DNA from: an uncultured bacterium
Lineage (GTDB): Bacteria > CAYJRR01
Reading direction: 5' to 3'
Length of the DNA: 32,145 nucleotides
NCBI GenBank assembly: GCA_964372275.1
Contig: CAYJRR010000047.1
Location: 1-32,145, forward strand
Under the pieces are notes generated by a model. It had not been told where the DNA came from, searched no databases, and saw only the letters and a program-made list of their open reading frames with translations. Within the stretch, counting starts at the first letter, position 1, and every line of letters begins with the position of its first letter. Made by a program: the position numbers and the translations under genes. Shown piece by piece: positions 8,394-17,422 of the stretch.

Positions 8394-10559
8394 ATGGCGG
8401 CCAGGAAGGACACGAAACCCCCGGAGTCGAACGACGAGCGGACGGCCGGCGAGGTCGCCACGATGGCGATCCAGGAGGGGGTGGCGACGATCACCCTCGA
8501 CCTCCCCGGCAAGAAGCTCAACACCCTTTCCAGCCGCCTGTTCGGGTTCTTCGAGCGTGCGGTGGCGGAGCTCGGAAGGAACAAGGGTCTGAAAGCCGTC
8601 GTCCTGATCTCGGGGAAGCCGGACAACTTCGTCGCCGGCGCCGACATCGACGAGCTCAAGGGCCTGACCGCGCGACACGAGATCCTGGAGATGATCGAGC
8701 GCGCGCACAAGCTGCTCGGAAGCTTCGAGGCGCTTCCGGTGCCCAAGGTCGCGGCGATCCACGGCGCGGCGCTCGGCGGAGGCCTCGAGCTGGCGCTCTG
8801 CTGCGGCTACCGGATCGCCACCGAGTCGAAGTCGACCAAGATCGGCCTGCCGGAAGTGAACCTCGGGCTGATCCCGGGCGCCGGCGGAACGCAACGGCTG
8901 CCTCGCCTGGTGGGGCTGACCGCCGCGCTCGACCTGATCCTCACCGGCAAGCAGCTCGACGGCCGCCGCGCGAAGAAGATCGGACTGGTCGACGAGGTGG
9001 TGCATCCCGCCGACCTTGGGCCCCGCGCGCGGGCGGCGGCGCTGGAGCTCGCCGCCGGGACCTTGCGCGCCGAGAGGCCGGGGCGCGGGATCGCGGGGCT
9101 CCTGCTGGAGAAGACGCCCGCGCGACGCGTCGCCTTCCGGCAGGCGCGCCAGCAGGTGCAGGAGAAGTCGGGAGGGCACTACCCGGCTCCGTTCAAGGCG
9201 ATCGAGGTGCTCGAGCGCACCGCCGGGATGACGCTGGAGGACGGCTTGCGGGAGGAGGCGTTGGCCTTCGCCGACCTCGTCGTCACCCCGGTCGCCAAGA
9301 GTCTGATGACGATCTTCTTCCTCCAGAACGACGTGCAGAAGGAGAAGCACGGCGATGCCCCTCCGATGGAGGTCAGGAAGGTCGGCGTGCTCGGCGCCGG
9401 ACTGATGGGGGCCGGGATCGGACAGGTATTGGCGCAGAAGGGATTCACCGTCCGCTTCAAGGACGTCGACCTTCCGGCTCTGGGCCGCGGCTACAAGTAC
9501 GCCTTCGATCTTTTCCAATCCCAGGTGGATCGCCGGCGGATGACGCCGGTCGAGCGCGACCTCGCCATGTCGCGCCTCTCCGGGGGCACCGACCACACCG
9601 GCTTCCGGCGCGCGGAGGTGGTGATCGAGGCGGTCTTCGAGGACCTGGAGGTGAAGCGCAAGGTGCTGGCCGAGACCGAGGCGGCGACCTCCGATCGCTG
9701 CATCTTCGCCTCGAACACCTCCAGCCTGCCGATCACCGACATCGCCAAGGGGTCCAGGCGGCCGGAACGCGTCATCGGGATGCACTTCTTCTCGCCGGTG
9801 CACAAGATGCCGCTCATCGAGGTGATCCGCACCAAGAAGACGGACGACGAGACGGTGGCGACGATCGTCGATCTCGGCCGCAAGATGGGGAAGACGGTGA
9901 TCGTGGTCAACGATGGCGTCGGTTTCTTCACCACCCGCGTGCTCGGTCCGTTCATGAGCGAGGCCGCCTTCTGCCTGCAGGAGGGGGCTTCGATCGAGGA
10001 GATCGACGCGGCGTTGACCCGGTACGGCTTCCCGGTCGGTCCGATGACGCTGCTCGACGAGGTCGGCATCGACGTCGGGCAGAAGGTCGGCAAGATCCTC
10101 CACGACGCCTTCGGCGACCGCCTCGCGCCCCCCTCGGTGATGGCGAAGGTGATCGAGGACGGCCGGAAGGGAAGGAAGAACGGCCGCGGCTTCTACACCT
10201 ACACCGACGGCAAGAAGGGCCCGGTCGACGGCACGATCTACCCGCTGGTCGGGTGGTCGCACAAACCGATCCCCGCGGGCGAGATCGCCGACCGGCTCTG
10301 GCTGCAGATGCTGGGCGAAACGGTCCGTTGCATGGAGGAGGAGATCGTCACCTCCCCGCGCGACATCGACATCGGGACGATCTTCGGGTTCGGCTTCCCC
10401 CCCTTCCGCGGCGGCATCCTCCGCGCCGCCGACACGATGGGGATCGGCGCGGTCGTCCGCCGGCTGGGCGAGTTCGAGAAACGGTACGGCCGCCGCTTCG
10501 CTCCGCCCCGCAAGCTGCTGGAGATGGAGCGCAAGGGCGAGCGCTTCTTCCCCGCCTAG
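8394..10559 (+). CDS. fadJ: Fatty acid oxidation complex alpha subunit (enoyl-CoA hydratase / 3-hydroxyacyl-CoA dehydrogenase)
   Basis: ATG 2 nt after the thiolase stop. Crotonase motifs ISGKPDNFVAGADI, GGGLELAL and LPEVNLGLIPGAGGTQRLPR. HACD motifs GVLGAGLMGAGI, IEAVFED, ASNTSSLPI and GMHFFSPV. C-terminal GFPPFRGG. Confidence 0.93.
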   Translation: MAARKDTKPPESNDERTAGEVATMAIQEGVATITLDLPGKKLNTLSSRLFGFFERAVAELGRNKGLKAVVLISGKPDNFVAGADIDELKGLTARHEILEMIERAHKLLGSFEALPVPKVAAIHGAALGGGLELALCCGYRIATESKSTKIGLPEVNLGLIPGAGGTQRLPRLVGLTAALDLILTGKQLDGRRAKKIGLVDEVVHPADLGPRARAAALELAAGTLRAERPGRGIAGLLLEKTPARRVAFRQARQQVQEKSGGHYPAPFKAIEVLERTAGMTLEDGLREEALAFADLVVTPVAKSLMTIFFLQNDVQKEKHGDAPPMEVRKVGVLGAGLMGAGIGQVLAQKGFTVRFKDVDLPALGRGYKYAFDLFQSQVDRRRMTPVERDLAMSRLSGGTDHTGFRRAEVVIEAVFEDLEVKRKVLAETEAATSDRCIFASNTSSLPITDIAKGSRRPERVIGMHFFSPVHKMPLIEVIRTKKTDDETVATIVDLGRKMGKTVIVVNDGVGFFTTRVLGPFMSEAAFCLQEGASIEEIDAALTRYGFPVGPMTLLDEVGIDVGQKVGKILHDAFGDRLAPPSVMAKVIEDGRKGRKNGRGFYTYTDGKKGPVDGTIYPLVGWSHKPIPAGEIADRLWLQMLGETVRCMEEEIVTSPRDIDIGTIFGFGFPPFRGGILRAADTMGIGAVVRRLGEFEKRYGRRFAPPRKLLEMERKGERFFPA

Positions 10560-10569
10560 AGGTCGACCG

Positions 10570-11043
10570 ATGATCGTACTCGTCGCGGCATTGTCGTGGA
10601 CGATCGCCGCTTCGGCCGCGGCGTCGCCTCGGCCCAAGGCGGCGCTGGCCGACCTCGCCTGGCTCGAGGGCTGCTGGTCGGACGGCGCGTACGAGGAGTG
10701 CTGGAACGCCCCGGCGGGGGGCGCCATGCAGGCGTTCGGCCGCCGCGTGAAGGGGGCGGAGACGGTCGAGCGGGAGGCGATCGAGATTCGCGCGGCGGCG
10801 GACGGATCGCTCACCTACGTCGCGCTCCTCCTCGACCCGGGGCTCGCGGTGAAGCAGGCGGCGACCGTCTTCGCGCTGGTGTCGGCGTCGAAGGACCGCT
10901 GGGTTTTCGAGAACGCGTCGCACGACTTCCCGCAGCGGATCGTCTACGAGCGCAAGGGGGACCGGCTGAACGTCCGCATCGAGTCGATCGACGGCGCCAA
11001 GACGATCGATTTTCCGCTGGCACGGACCCGGCGACCCCGCTGA
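10570..11043 (+). CDS. Secreted DUF6265-like protein
   Basis: Signal peptide, LAWLEGCW...EECW..PAGGAM and FENASHDFPQRIVY. Family assignment is from memory. Confidence 0.75.
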   Translation: MIVLVAALSWTIAASAAASPRPKAALADLAWLEGCWSDGAYEECWNAPAGGAMQAFGRRVKGAETVEREAIEIRAAADGSLTYVALLLDPGLAVKQAATVFALVSASKDRWVFENASHDFPQRIVYERKGDRLNVRIESIDGAKTIDFPLARTRRPR

Positions 11044-11066
11044 GCGCGCGGCGATACAATGGCGTC

Positions 11067-11762
11067 GTGCGCGTACGCCACCCTGCCTTCGCCGCCGTGG
11101 TGCTCGGGGTCGCGGCCCTGTTCGTCGTGGCGCCGCTCTTGCCGGGACCGGCGCGCGCGCAGGACCCGTTCGAGATCTGGACCGACGCGACGGTCCTCGG
11201 GGCGCTCAACCGGGCCGAGCAGGCCCTGGAGGAGGAGCTGGGGTCACGGCCGGCGAAGCGGCCGCGCGTCCTCCTTTCTTCACGCGAGTTCTTCGAAGGG
11301 ATTTCCTACAAGGCGATCGAGCGGATCGCGGGGAAGCGCGGCCCGGAGGACGAGCGCGCGATCGCCGCCCAAGCCAAGGTGCTGGCCCGCTCGGCGTTCG
11401 GCTACTACGAATTCGGCAAGAACACCGTCCACCTCCTGCCCGAAAACTTCCACGCCTTCGCCCGGAACCGGAACAGACCGGCCTTCCTCGGAGAGGAGTT
11501 CCTGACGATCGTGCTCGCGCACGAGCTGACGCACGCGTGGGACAGCCAGCGGTGGACCACCCTGGCCCGCGCGGAGCAGACGAAGGACGAGGAGTACAAG
11601 ATCTGGTACCCGCTGATCGAGGGGCACGCCATGTGGGTGACCAAGCGAGTGTCGACGCGCCTCGGGCTCTCCAAGGAGTACCAGTCCTTCGTCGACGCCT
11701 CGTTCAACCCGCCACCATGCTCCCGTCGACCGCCACCACGCGGACGCTCTCGAACTTCGTGA
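11067..11762 (+). pseudogene. Secreted zincin-like (HExxH) protein, N-terminal part, apparently frameshifted near 11710
   Basis: GTG 11067, signal peptide ending PARA|QD, and AHELTHAWD...LIEGHAMWV. Codon usage collapses after aac ccg (cca cca tgc tcc cgt cga). Confidence 0.6.
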
Positions 11763-12172
11763 AAGGGGCGGCCCGCGTCGCGCGGGATCCGAAGTCGGAA
11801 ACCCTGGCCTTCTGCACCACGGCGCAGATGACCGATGCCGCCAACGCCAAGGACCTGTTCGACGCGATCCGCGAGGGGGAACGGCTCGAGGACGAGTCGA
11901 TCGCGAAGCTTTCCGGTGGACGCGCCGAGAAGCCGGTCCGGGGACTGTTGCGACCGGGCAGCCCGATGGCGCACCAGCGGACGATCCGCTTCCTGGGCGT
12001 CGGGCGAAAGCTGGTCCCGGAGTTCACGGCGCTGTTCGCCGCCGGTCCGTACGTCGTGGAGTGCGCCCTGGTCGGCCGGAAGGTGCACGACGAGCACCTC
12101 GAGGGACTGATCACGCGACTGCGCGGCGACCTGGCGAACGCCCCTGCGGCCGCCGAATCGTCGGCCCGTTAG
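11708..12172 (+). pseudogene. C-terminal part of the interrupted HExxH protein, or a separate small hypothetical protein from ATG 11717
   Basis: GC3-rich codons resume in the -1 frame exactly where the upstream frame degrades (ccc gcc acc atg ctc ccg tcg acc). No Shine-Dalgarno before ATG 11717. Confidence 0.5.
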
Positions 12173-13626
12173 CGCCCTTCGACGCGGGCTTCGCCCCCGA
12201 GGTCGGGGCGAAAGATCACCTGACCGCCCGCAATCTCCATCACCGACCATTCGCCGACGCGGACGCTGACCGAATCGAACGGCTGGCTCGCGAGGCTCTC
12301 CAGGGCGCTGGCTCGGCGCGCGCGCTCCGCGGCGTCGACCGCCGACCACTGCTGCGGAATCCAGACCACCAGGTCACGCATCCCACCCGCCACCGTCAGC
12401 TCGGCGCGCTCGACGAGCTCCGCGGCGACCCCCAACGAGGAGGGCGGGACCTCCTCGATGCGGTACTCCGTCGGTCGCTGGTGAGCCAGGAGCGCACCGC
12501 CCCCGAGGAGGACGAGCGCCGCGAATCCGTAGTAGACGATCGCGCCCGTGGATCGGCGCGCGCGCGGCACGGTGCCGGGCGCCGCTTCGGCGTCCGTCGC
12601 CGAAAGCTTGTTGCGGAGCGGGCGGGGGTCGAACCGGGCGGTTTCGGAGCCGGAGTCGGCGCGGGTGTCCCGAAACAGCTGCTGAATCCGCTGCTCCTCC
12701 TGCTGGATCCGCCGGAACGACGCCGTCCGTGCCGCACCGTCGGTGATCCGTTCCAGCAGGTTTCGAACCTCCACGTCGCAACGGACGGCGGCGTAGAGCA
12801 CCTCGGCCGACAGCAGGTCGTTCCGAAGCGAGCGTTTGAACGCGTAGAGATCTCCGTAGAGCCCCGCGTCGAACAACCCCTCCGGGCCCGCGAGCGCCGC
12901 GATCCGCTGGGCGCTCTCTTCGAGGCTCCTCGCGTCTTCGGCTCGCCGTTCCGGGCTCGACGAAGGGGCCGGAAGGATCGGCTCCAGTGCGGGCCTGACC
13001 TCGTCGAACGGCCGGAGCGCGAGTCGCCCGGTCGCGCCCCGGACCGACAGGGCGATTGCCATCAGGAGCTCGGTCCGCTCGGCACGCGCCCAGGAGTCGG
13101 CGGCGGTTCGCGCGAGAAGGCCTGCGGCGTACCAGGCGGTGACCTCGGGCAGCGCGAGGGTGTCCAGCCCCTCCCGGAACCGGTCGGCGGGGATCGACGC
13201 CTCGAGCGCCAGGACCGACGCCGTCGCCGTCTCCAGTGCCTGCTCCAAGGCGCCGATCGCATCGACCCGTCCGAGGTCCCCGGGCGGCATCGACGAGAGT
13301 CGCGCCGCCGCGGCGATGGCCGCGTCGCGCGAGGCCCTGGCGGCCGCGAGCCCGTCGGACTCCGGAAGCATCGCCGCGATCAGGTCGAGGCCGGCGACGC
13401 ATTCGAGGAACCGATTCCACGCGCTCGAGGCGCGCGCGACGAGGGCCGAATCGACCCCGGCGGGGAATGGCGCCGGGGCCGGCGGCACGGGGGTCGGAAC
13501 GACCGCCCGTCCGGCGCCGGCGGCGATTGCGCCCGGTGGGGGAGGTGCGGGATCCCCCTCCCCGATGATCTCCTCCATCGAGCGGGCGATCTCGTCGAGG
13601 GCGTTTCGGGACGAAGAGTCGCTCAC
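12169..13626 (-). CDS. Hypothetical helical protein with one late transmembrane segment
   Basis: 485-aa ORF starting 13 nt after the pilin stop. Pro-rich N-terminal linker, a coiled-coil-like stretch (RIQQEEQRIQQLF) and TM GAIVYYGFAALVLLGGGALLA. Confidence 0.7.
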   Translation of the reverse strand: MSDSSSRNALDEIARSMEEIIGEGDPAPPPPGAIAAGAGRAVVPTPVPPAPAPFPAGVDSALVARASSAWNRFLECVAGLDLIAAMLPESDGLAAARASRDAAIAAAARLSSMPPGDLGRVDAIGALEQALETATASVLALEASIPADRFREGLDTLALPEVTAWYAAGLLARTAADSWARAERTELLMAIALSVRGATGRLALRPFDEVRPALEPILPAPSSSPERRAEDARSLEESAQRIAALAGPEGLFDAGLYGDLYAFKRSLRNDLLSAEVLYAAVRCDVEVRNLLERITDGAARTASFRRIQQEEQRIQQLFRDTRADSGSETARFDPRPLRNKLSATDAEAAPGTVPRARRSTGAIVYYGFAALVLLGGGALLAHQRPTEYRIEEVPPSSLGVAAELVERAELTVAGGMRDLVVWIPQQWSAVDAAERARRASALESLASQPFDSVSVRVGEWSVMEIAGGQVIFRPDLGGEARVEGR

Positions 13627-13639
13627 GTCCGGGGGGCGC

Positions 13640-14173
13640 TCATTGCAGGGGATAGGACTGCGTCTGGTTGACGAGGTCGTTCTGGCGGACCTTCACGCCG
13701 GTCATCGTCACCAGGCCCGGCCAGTGTCCGACCTGCAGCTCGTCGGAGTAGGTGTCGTTGTCGATGTTGCCGGTCGAGACGACGCGCCAGGTCTGGGCGT
13801 TCGGCGCGTTCGACGGCGGATAGGTCGATCCGCCGGGCGAGGCGTAGAACCAGGCGTCGGGGTAGGCGCGGCTGCAACCGGCTCCGGTGCCGCTTTGCGA
13901 AGCGTGCCAGTGGTCGTAGTAGCTGCACGGCGTGCAGCGCGCGTCCATGCCGTAGCCCAGCTTGAGGTAGTTGGCCGCGAAACCGTTGTTCTCGGCGAAG
14001 TAGGCGCGTTGCGCCGCGAGCAGCGGCGCGAGCATCGCGATACCGTTCGAGCGCTGCGATTTGGAGGTCATGATCTGGTAGTTCTGGATGGCGAGCGCCG
14101 ACAGGATGGCGACGATCGCCACCGCCGTCATCAGTTCGAGCAGCGTGAACCCGCGCTGCGACCGGACGCGCAT
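13640..14173 (-). CDS. Type IV pilin (PilA-like, type IVa prepilin)
   Basis: GGGGAG RBS. MRVRSQRG|FTLLELM class III signal with F1/E5 and hydrophobic helix. AQRAYFAE and GNIDND segments resemble myxobacterial/deltaproteobacterial pilins. Confidence 0.9.
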   Translation of the reverse strand: MRVRSQRGFTLLELMTAVAIVAILSALAIQNYQIMTSKSQRSNGIAMLAPLLAAQRAYFAENNGFAANYLKLGYGMDARCTPCSYYDHWHASQSGTGAGCSRAYPDAWFYASPGGSTYPPSNAPNAQTWRVVSTGNIDNDTYSDELQVGHWPGLVTMTGVKVRQNDLVNQTQSYPLQ

Positions 14174-14195
14174 CGTCTCCCCCGAAGTGCGCAGT

Positions 14196-14927
14196 CTACC
14201 CGATCTGGCGCGTCCAGCCGAACGGGGGCTCCTCGGAAAGCCACCGCTGCACCTCCGGGATCGTCGTCGGCGTCCGTCCGTCGATGGCGCGTGCGATGCT
14301 GGCCAGGTCGTAGCCCGTCCGCACGAGGCCAAGCACGCGCGCGAAGGTCTGGCCGGTTCCGCGCGCGCCGCCGCTGCCAGCGACGCTGTCGGCGATCCGC
14401 TCCACCTCGGCGGCCGCTTCGCGCGCAACCTCTGCGCGGGGGTCGAGGAGCTGCAGGAGCGTCCACCGACCGAACGAGAGCGTCATCGCCGCCGGCGGAA
14501 CCAGGGTAAGGCCCATCTCCCGCACCAGCGTCTCCACGGGGTCGAGCTTCAGCGACCAGTGCCGGTCGGGGGTCATGCGCTCGTAGGTCGGGCGGCCGTG
14601 GGCGTCGACGACCGCCACCTCCCAGTGGACCAGCGATCCGCCAAAAACCGCCGACGCGAACTCGACCCGTTCCCGCTCGGTGCGGACGCGGAGGAAGACG
14701 CGCTCGTGGTTCGGGTCGTTGGGATTCCAGAGCTGCGGCCAGGCCGGCTCGGACCGCAGGTCGGGGAGATAGAGCACCTCGCGCAGGTCGTGACGGCGGA
14801 GTTTCTCCGCGAACTCCCGCCCTGAAAGGTCTTCCGGCCAGGGGCGGGCGTCCGGCGCCCAGCGGGAGAGGAGCGCGGCGATCCCCTCGGCGACGCGGCG
14901 CGCGAGATCGGGATCGAGGACCGGCAT
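14196..14927 (-). CDS. Hypothetical cytoplasmic protein
   Basis: 243-aa ORF with a GAGGGGAGG RBS, protein-like composition, ending 22 nt before the pilin start. Confidence 0.7.
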   Translation of the reverse strand: MPVLDPDLARRVAEGIAALLSRWAPDARPWPEDLSGREFAEKLRRHDLREVLYLPDLRSEPAWPQLWNPNDPNHERVFLRVRTERERVEFASAVFGGSLVHWEVAVVDAHGRPTYERMTPDRHWSLKLDPVETLVREMGLTLVPPAAMTLSFGRWTLLQLLDPRAEVAREAAAEVERIADSVAGSGGARGTGQTFARVLGLVRTGYDLASIARAIDGRTPTTIPEVQRWLSEEPPFGWTRQIG

Positions 14928-14968
14928 CGACCCTCCCCTCGTAGCGCGCCGCCGAGGCCCATCGCAAG

Positions 14969-14997
14969 TTGACTCGGGAGGTCGGGTCCGATAGAGT
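14969..14997 (+). promoter_or_regulatory. Sigma70-type promoter for pcnB
   Basis: TTGACT (14969-14974), a 17-nt spacer and TAGAGT (14992-14997), located in the divergent intergenic region. Confidence 0.7.
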
Positions 14998-15110
14998 CCG
15001 GCCCCTCATGGACCCCCCTGGGGTCCGCCCGATTTGCTTCTCGTGATCGGCCGTTCGCGCCCTGGAGTGGGCGCTCGCAAGGGCCGGTCGCCACAACCGA
15101 AAAGGATTCT

Positions 15111-17372
15111 TTGAACCCGACTTCCTCTTCCACCGTTTCGACCGAGCGAACGCATCGAGATCCGCCGCAACCCATCCCGATCGACCGAATCGACCCCGAC
15201 GCACTGAAGGTCGTTCGACGCCTCAAGCGATACGGTCACACCGCTTACCTGGTCGGCGGCTGCGTCCGCGATCTGCTCCTCGGACGCACCCCGAAAGATT
15301 TCGACATCGGCACCACCGCGCGCCCGCGGCAGGTGAAACACCTTTTCCGCAACTCGCGGATCATCGGCCGGCGATTCCGGCTGGTGCACGTCGTCTTCGG
15401 ACGGAAGGTGATCGAGGTCGCCACCTTCCGCGCCACGCAGGAGCCTCCCGAACTTCCCGAGCTTCCCGAGGAGATGTCCGCCGAGACGCCGGAGGCGGGC
15501 GAGCCGGAGGCCGCCGAGTCCGCCGAAGCGGCCGATAGGGACGGAGAGGATCTCCTGATCCGGTCCGACAACGTCTTCGGAACGCCGGTCCAGGACGCCT
15601 TCCGCCGCGACTTCACCGTCAACGCGCTCTTCTACGATCCCGAGACGGAGCAGGTGATCGATCACGTCGGCGGGCTCGCCGATCTCGAGCGCCGCGTGCT
15701 ACGCACCATCGGGGACCCGGACGTCCGCTTCAAGGAGGATCCGGTCCGCATCGTGCGCGCGGTGAAGTTCGCCGCCCGGCTCCACTTCGCCATCGAGCCG
15801 AGGACGTTCGAGGCGATGGTCCGGAACCAATCGGAGATCGCCAGGGCGGCCGCGCCGAGACTGGCCGAGGAGGTGGTCCGTCTGGCGCAAGGGGGGGCGG
15901 GCGCCGAGTCGTTCCGGCTCGCGCACGACCTCGGAATCCTGCCGCGGATCGCGCCGGCGGTGGCGCAGGCGTTGACCCGGGCCGGCTCCGGCTCGCCGGA
16001 CCACGGACCGCACGGCCTGTTCTGGCGGCATCTCGAAGCGATCGACCGCTGGCCCCGGGGCCCAAGCGATCTCTCCCGCGCGACGATCCTCGCCTGCGTC
16101 TACGGTCCGGTCTACCGCTCCGCGCTCGACGGGTCTCCCCAGGCGATGCGCGACCCGGGGGCGGCGTTCTTCAACGCCATCCGTCCGGTGATCGGAGATC
16201 GACTCCTCTCGCGTCGGGAGGCCGACCGGATCAAGCTGATCTACGTCGCCCAGCGGCGTCTCGACTCCGCCCCCGGACCCGGCGAGATCGCGGCGCAGGG
16301 GATGGTTGCGCCCGTGTCGCCGACTCCCGGAGGTCGGCGACGTCGCCGGCGGCGCGGCGGCGGGGGCCGCGGGATGGCCGGGCGGGACTACTTCCGCGAG
16401 GCGGTCGCATTCTTCCGGCTCGATGCCGTGGCGCGCGGGAAGCCGCCGGAGGCGTGGCAGCCGTGGGAGGCGCTCCTTCCGCAGGCGCCGCCCACGCGAG
16501 AGGTGTTGCCGTTCCGACGGCGCGCCGAGGAGCGGGTGCCGGATGCGGAGGCGCACCTGCCGGAGGACGAAGGTCCACCGCCCAGCCCGGAGGAGATCGA
16601 GGCCCTCAACCGGCTTCCGGACGACGAAGAGGCTCCGTTCCGCCGCCGCGGCCGCTTCCGGGAGCGCGGCCGCGATCGCGGCACCGTGTCCGAACGCGGA
16701 CCGGCGGCCGAATCGGCGGCGGCCGGCCCGCCCGAGGCGGGCGCCGCTGCCCCGGCGAACGAGCCCCGTCCGGAGCCGCTCGTCGCGCCGGCGACCGGGC
16801 CGGACGGCCAACCGCTCCCGAAGCTGAAGAAGCCGCCGCGTGAGCCTCGACCGGAGCGCCACGTCGCGGCCCGTGCGCCGGCGCCCCCGCCGGCGCCGCC
16901 CGCGCCGAAGCTGCCGCCGTCGGAGCGGGTCGCGCGGGCCATGGCGTCCGACGTCCCGCTGATCAATCCGTATACCGGCCGCGTCTACGTCCCACGGAAG
17001 ATCTACGACGAGCCCCCGGCCGCTCCGCCGTCGACGGGTGGGATGGGCGAGATCTCCGTGGCCAACACCATGCCGACGGCTCCGGTCTACACGCTCGCGG
17101 AGTTCGACCGTCGATCGGACGAGGAGACGACGCCGGTCACCCCGCCTCCCGTCGACGTGGGGGCCGCGGCGGATCGACCGGTGCCCGCTCCCGAACCCCG
17201 GGCCGCGCGATCGGCGACGGCGGCGGAAGCGTCTCCCGAGCGGCCGTCGCCGCATCCGGCCCCGAACGGCGCGCCGGGCGAAGGGCGTCGCCGTCGCCGC
17301 CGCCGTGGCCGCCGCGGCCGCGGCCGACGTGGACCGGGCGGCGCCCCTTCCGCCGGCGGCGGCTCCGCATAG
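15111..17372 (+). CDS. pcnB: Poly(A) polymerase I with a long disordered C-terminal extension
   Basis: AAAGGA RBS and TTG start. GGCVRDLLLG..PKDFDI, the PAP-diagnostic IIGRRFRLVHV, DAFRRDFTVNAL and EDPVRIVRAVKF. Confidence 0.92.
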   Translation: MNPTSSSTVSTERTHRDPPQPIPIDRIDPDALKVVRRLKRYGHTAYLVGGCVRDLLLGRTPKDFDIGTTARPRQVKHLFRNSRIIGRRFRLVHVVFGRKVIEVATFRATQEPPELPELPEEMSAETPEAGEPEAAESAEAADRDGEDLLIRSDNVFGTPVQDAFRRDFTVNALFYDPETEQVIDHVGGLADLERRVLRTIGDPDVRFKEDPVRIVRAVKFAARLHFAIEPRTFEAMVRNQSEIARAAAPRLAEEVVRLAQGGAGAESFRLAHDLGILPRIAPAVAQALTRAGSGSPDHGPHGLFWRHLEAIDRWPRGPSDLSRATILACVYGPVYRSALDGSPQAMRDPGAAFFNAIRPVIGDRLLSRREADRIKLIYVAQRRLDSAPGPGEIAAQGMVAPVSPTPGGRRRRRRRGGGGRGMAGRDYFREAVAFFRLDAVARGKPPEAWQPWEALLPQAPPTREVLPFRRRAEERVPDAEAHLPEDEGPPPSPEEIEALNRLPDDEEAPFRRRGRFRERGRDRGTVSERGPAAESAAAGPPEAGAAAPANEPRPEPLVAPATGPDGQPLPKLKKPPREPRPERHVAARAPAPPPAPPAPKLPPSERVARAMASDVPLINPYTGRVYVPRKIYDEPPAAPPSTGGMGEISVANTMPTAPVYTLAEFDRRSDEETTPVTPPPVDVGAAADRPVPAPEPRAARSATAAEASPERPSPHPAPNGAPGEGRRRRRRRGRRGRGRRGPGGAPSAGGGSA

Positions 17373-17422
17373 CAGGGGTTCGGGGAGGCCCCGACCAAGC
17401 CCGAAGGGCGAATGATCCGGCG

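Noticed and set aside
11711-11719. Kozak-like GCCACCATG
   Set aside because: A chance match in GC-rich bacterial coding DNA; nothing else looks eukaryotic or vector-derived here.
13915-13940. CTPC in the pilin as a heme c site
   Set aside because: It is followed by Ser, so it is not CxxCH.
13640-14149. Pilin as an electrically conductive e-pilin (19 F/Y/W in 169 residues, aromatics at positions 1, 24, 50, 51, 57)
   Set aside because: Positions 27 and 32 are not aromatic, there is a 25-residue aromatic-free gap, no cytochromes are nearby, and the criterion itself is disputed.
15111-16000. CCA-adding enzyme instead of poly(A) polymerase
   Set aside because: The IIGRRFRLVHV signature of bacterial PAP I is present.
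17373-17422. Small hairpins between convergent pcnB and the che operon as a terminator
   Set aside because: Stems are short (4-6 bp) with no U-tract on either strand.
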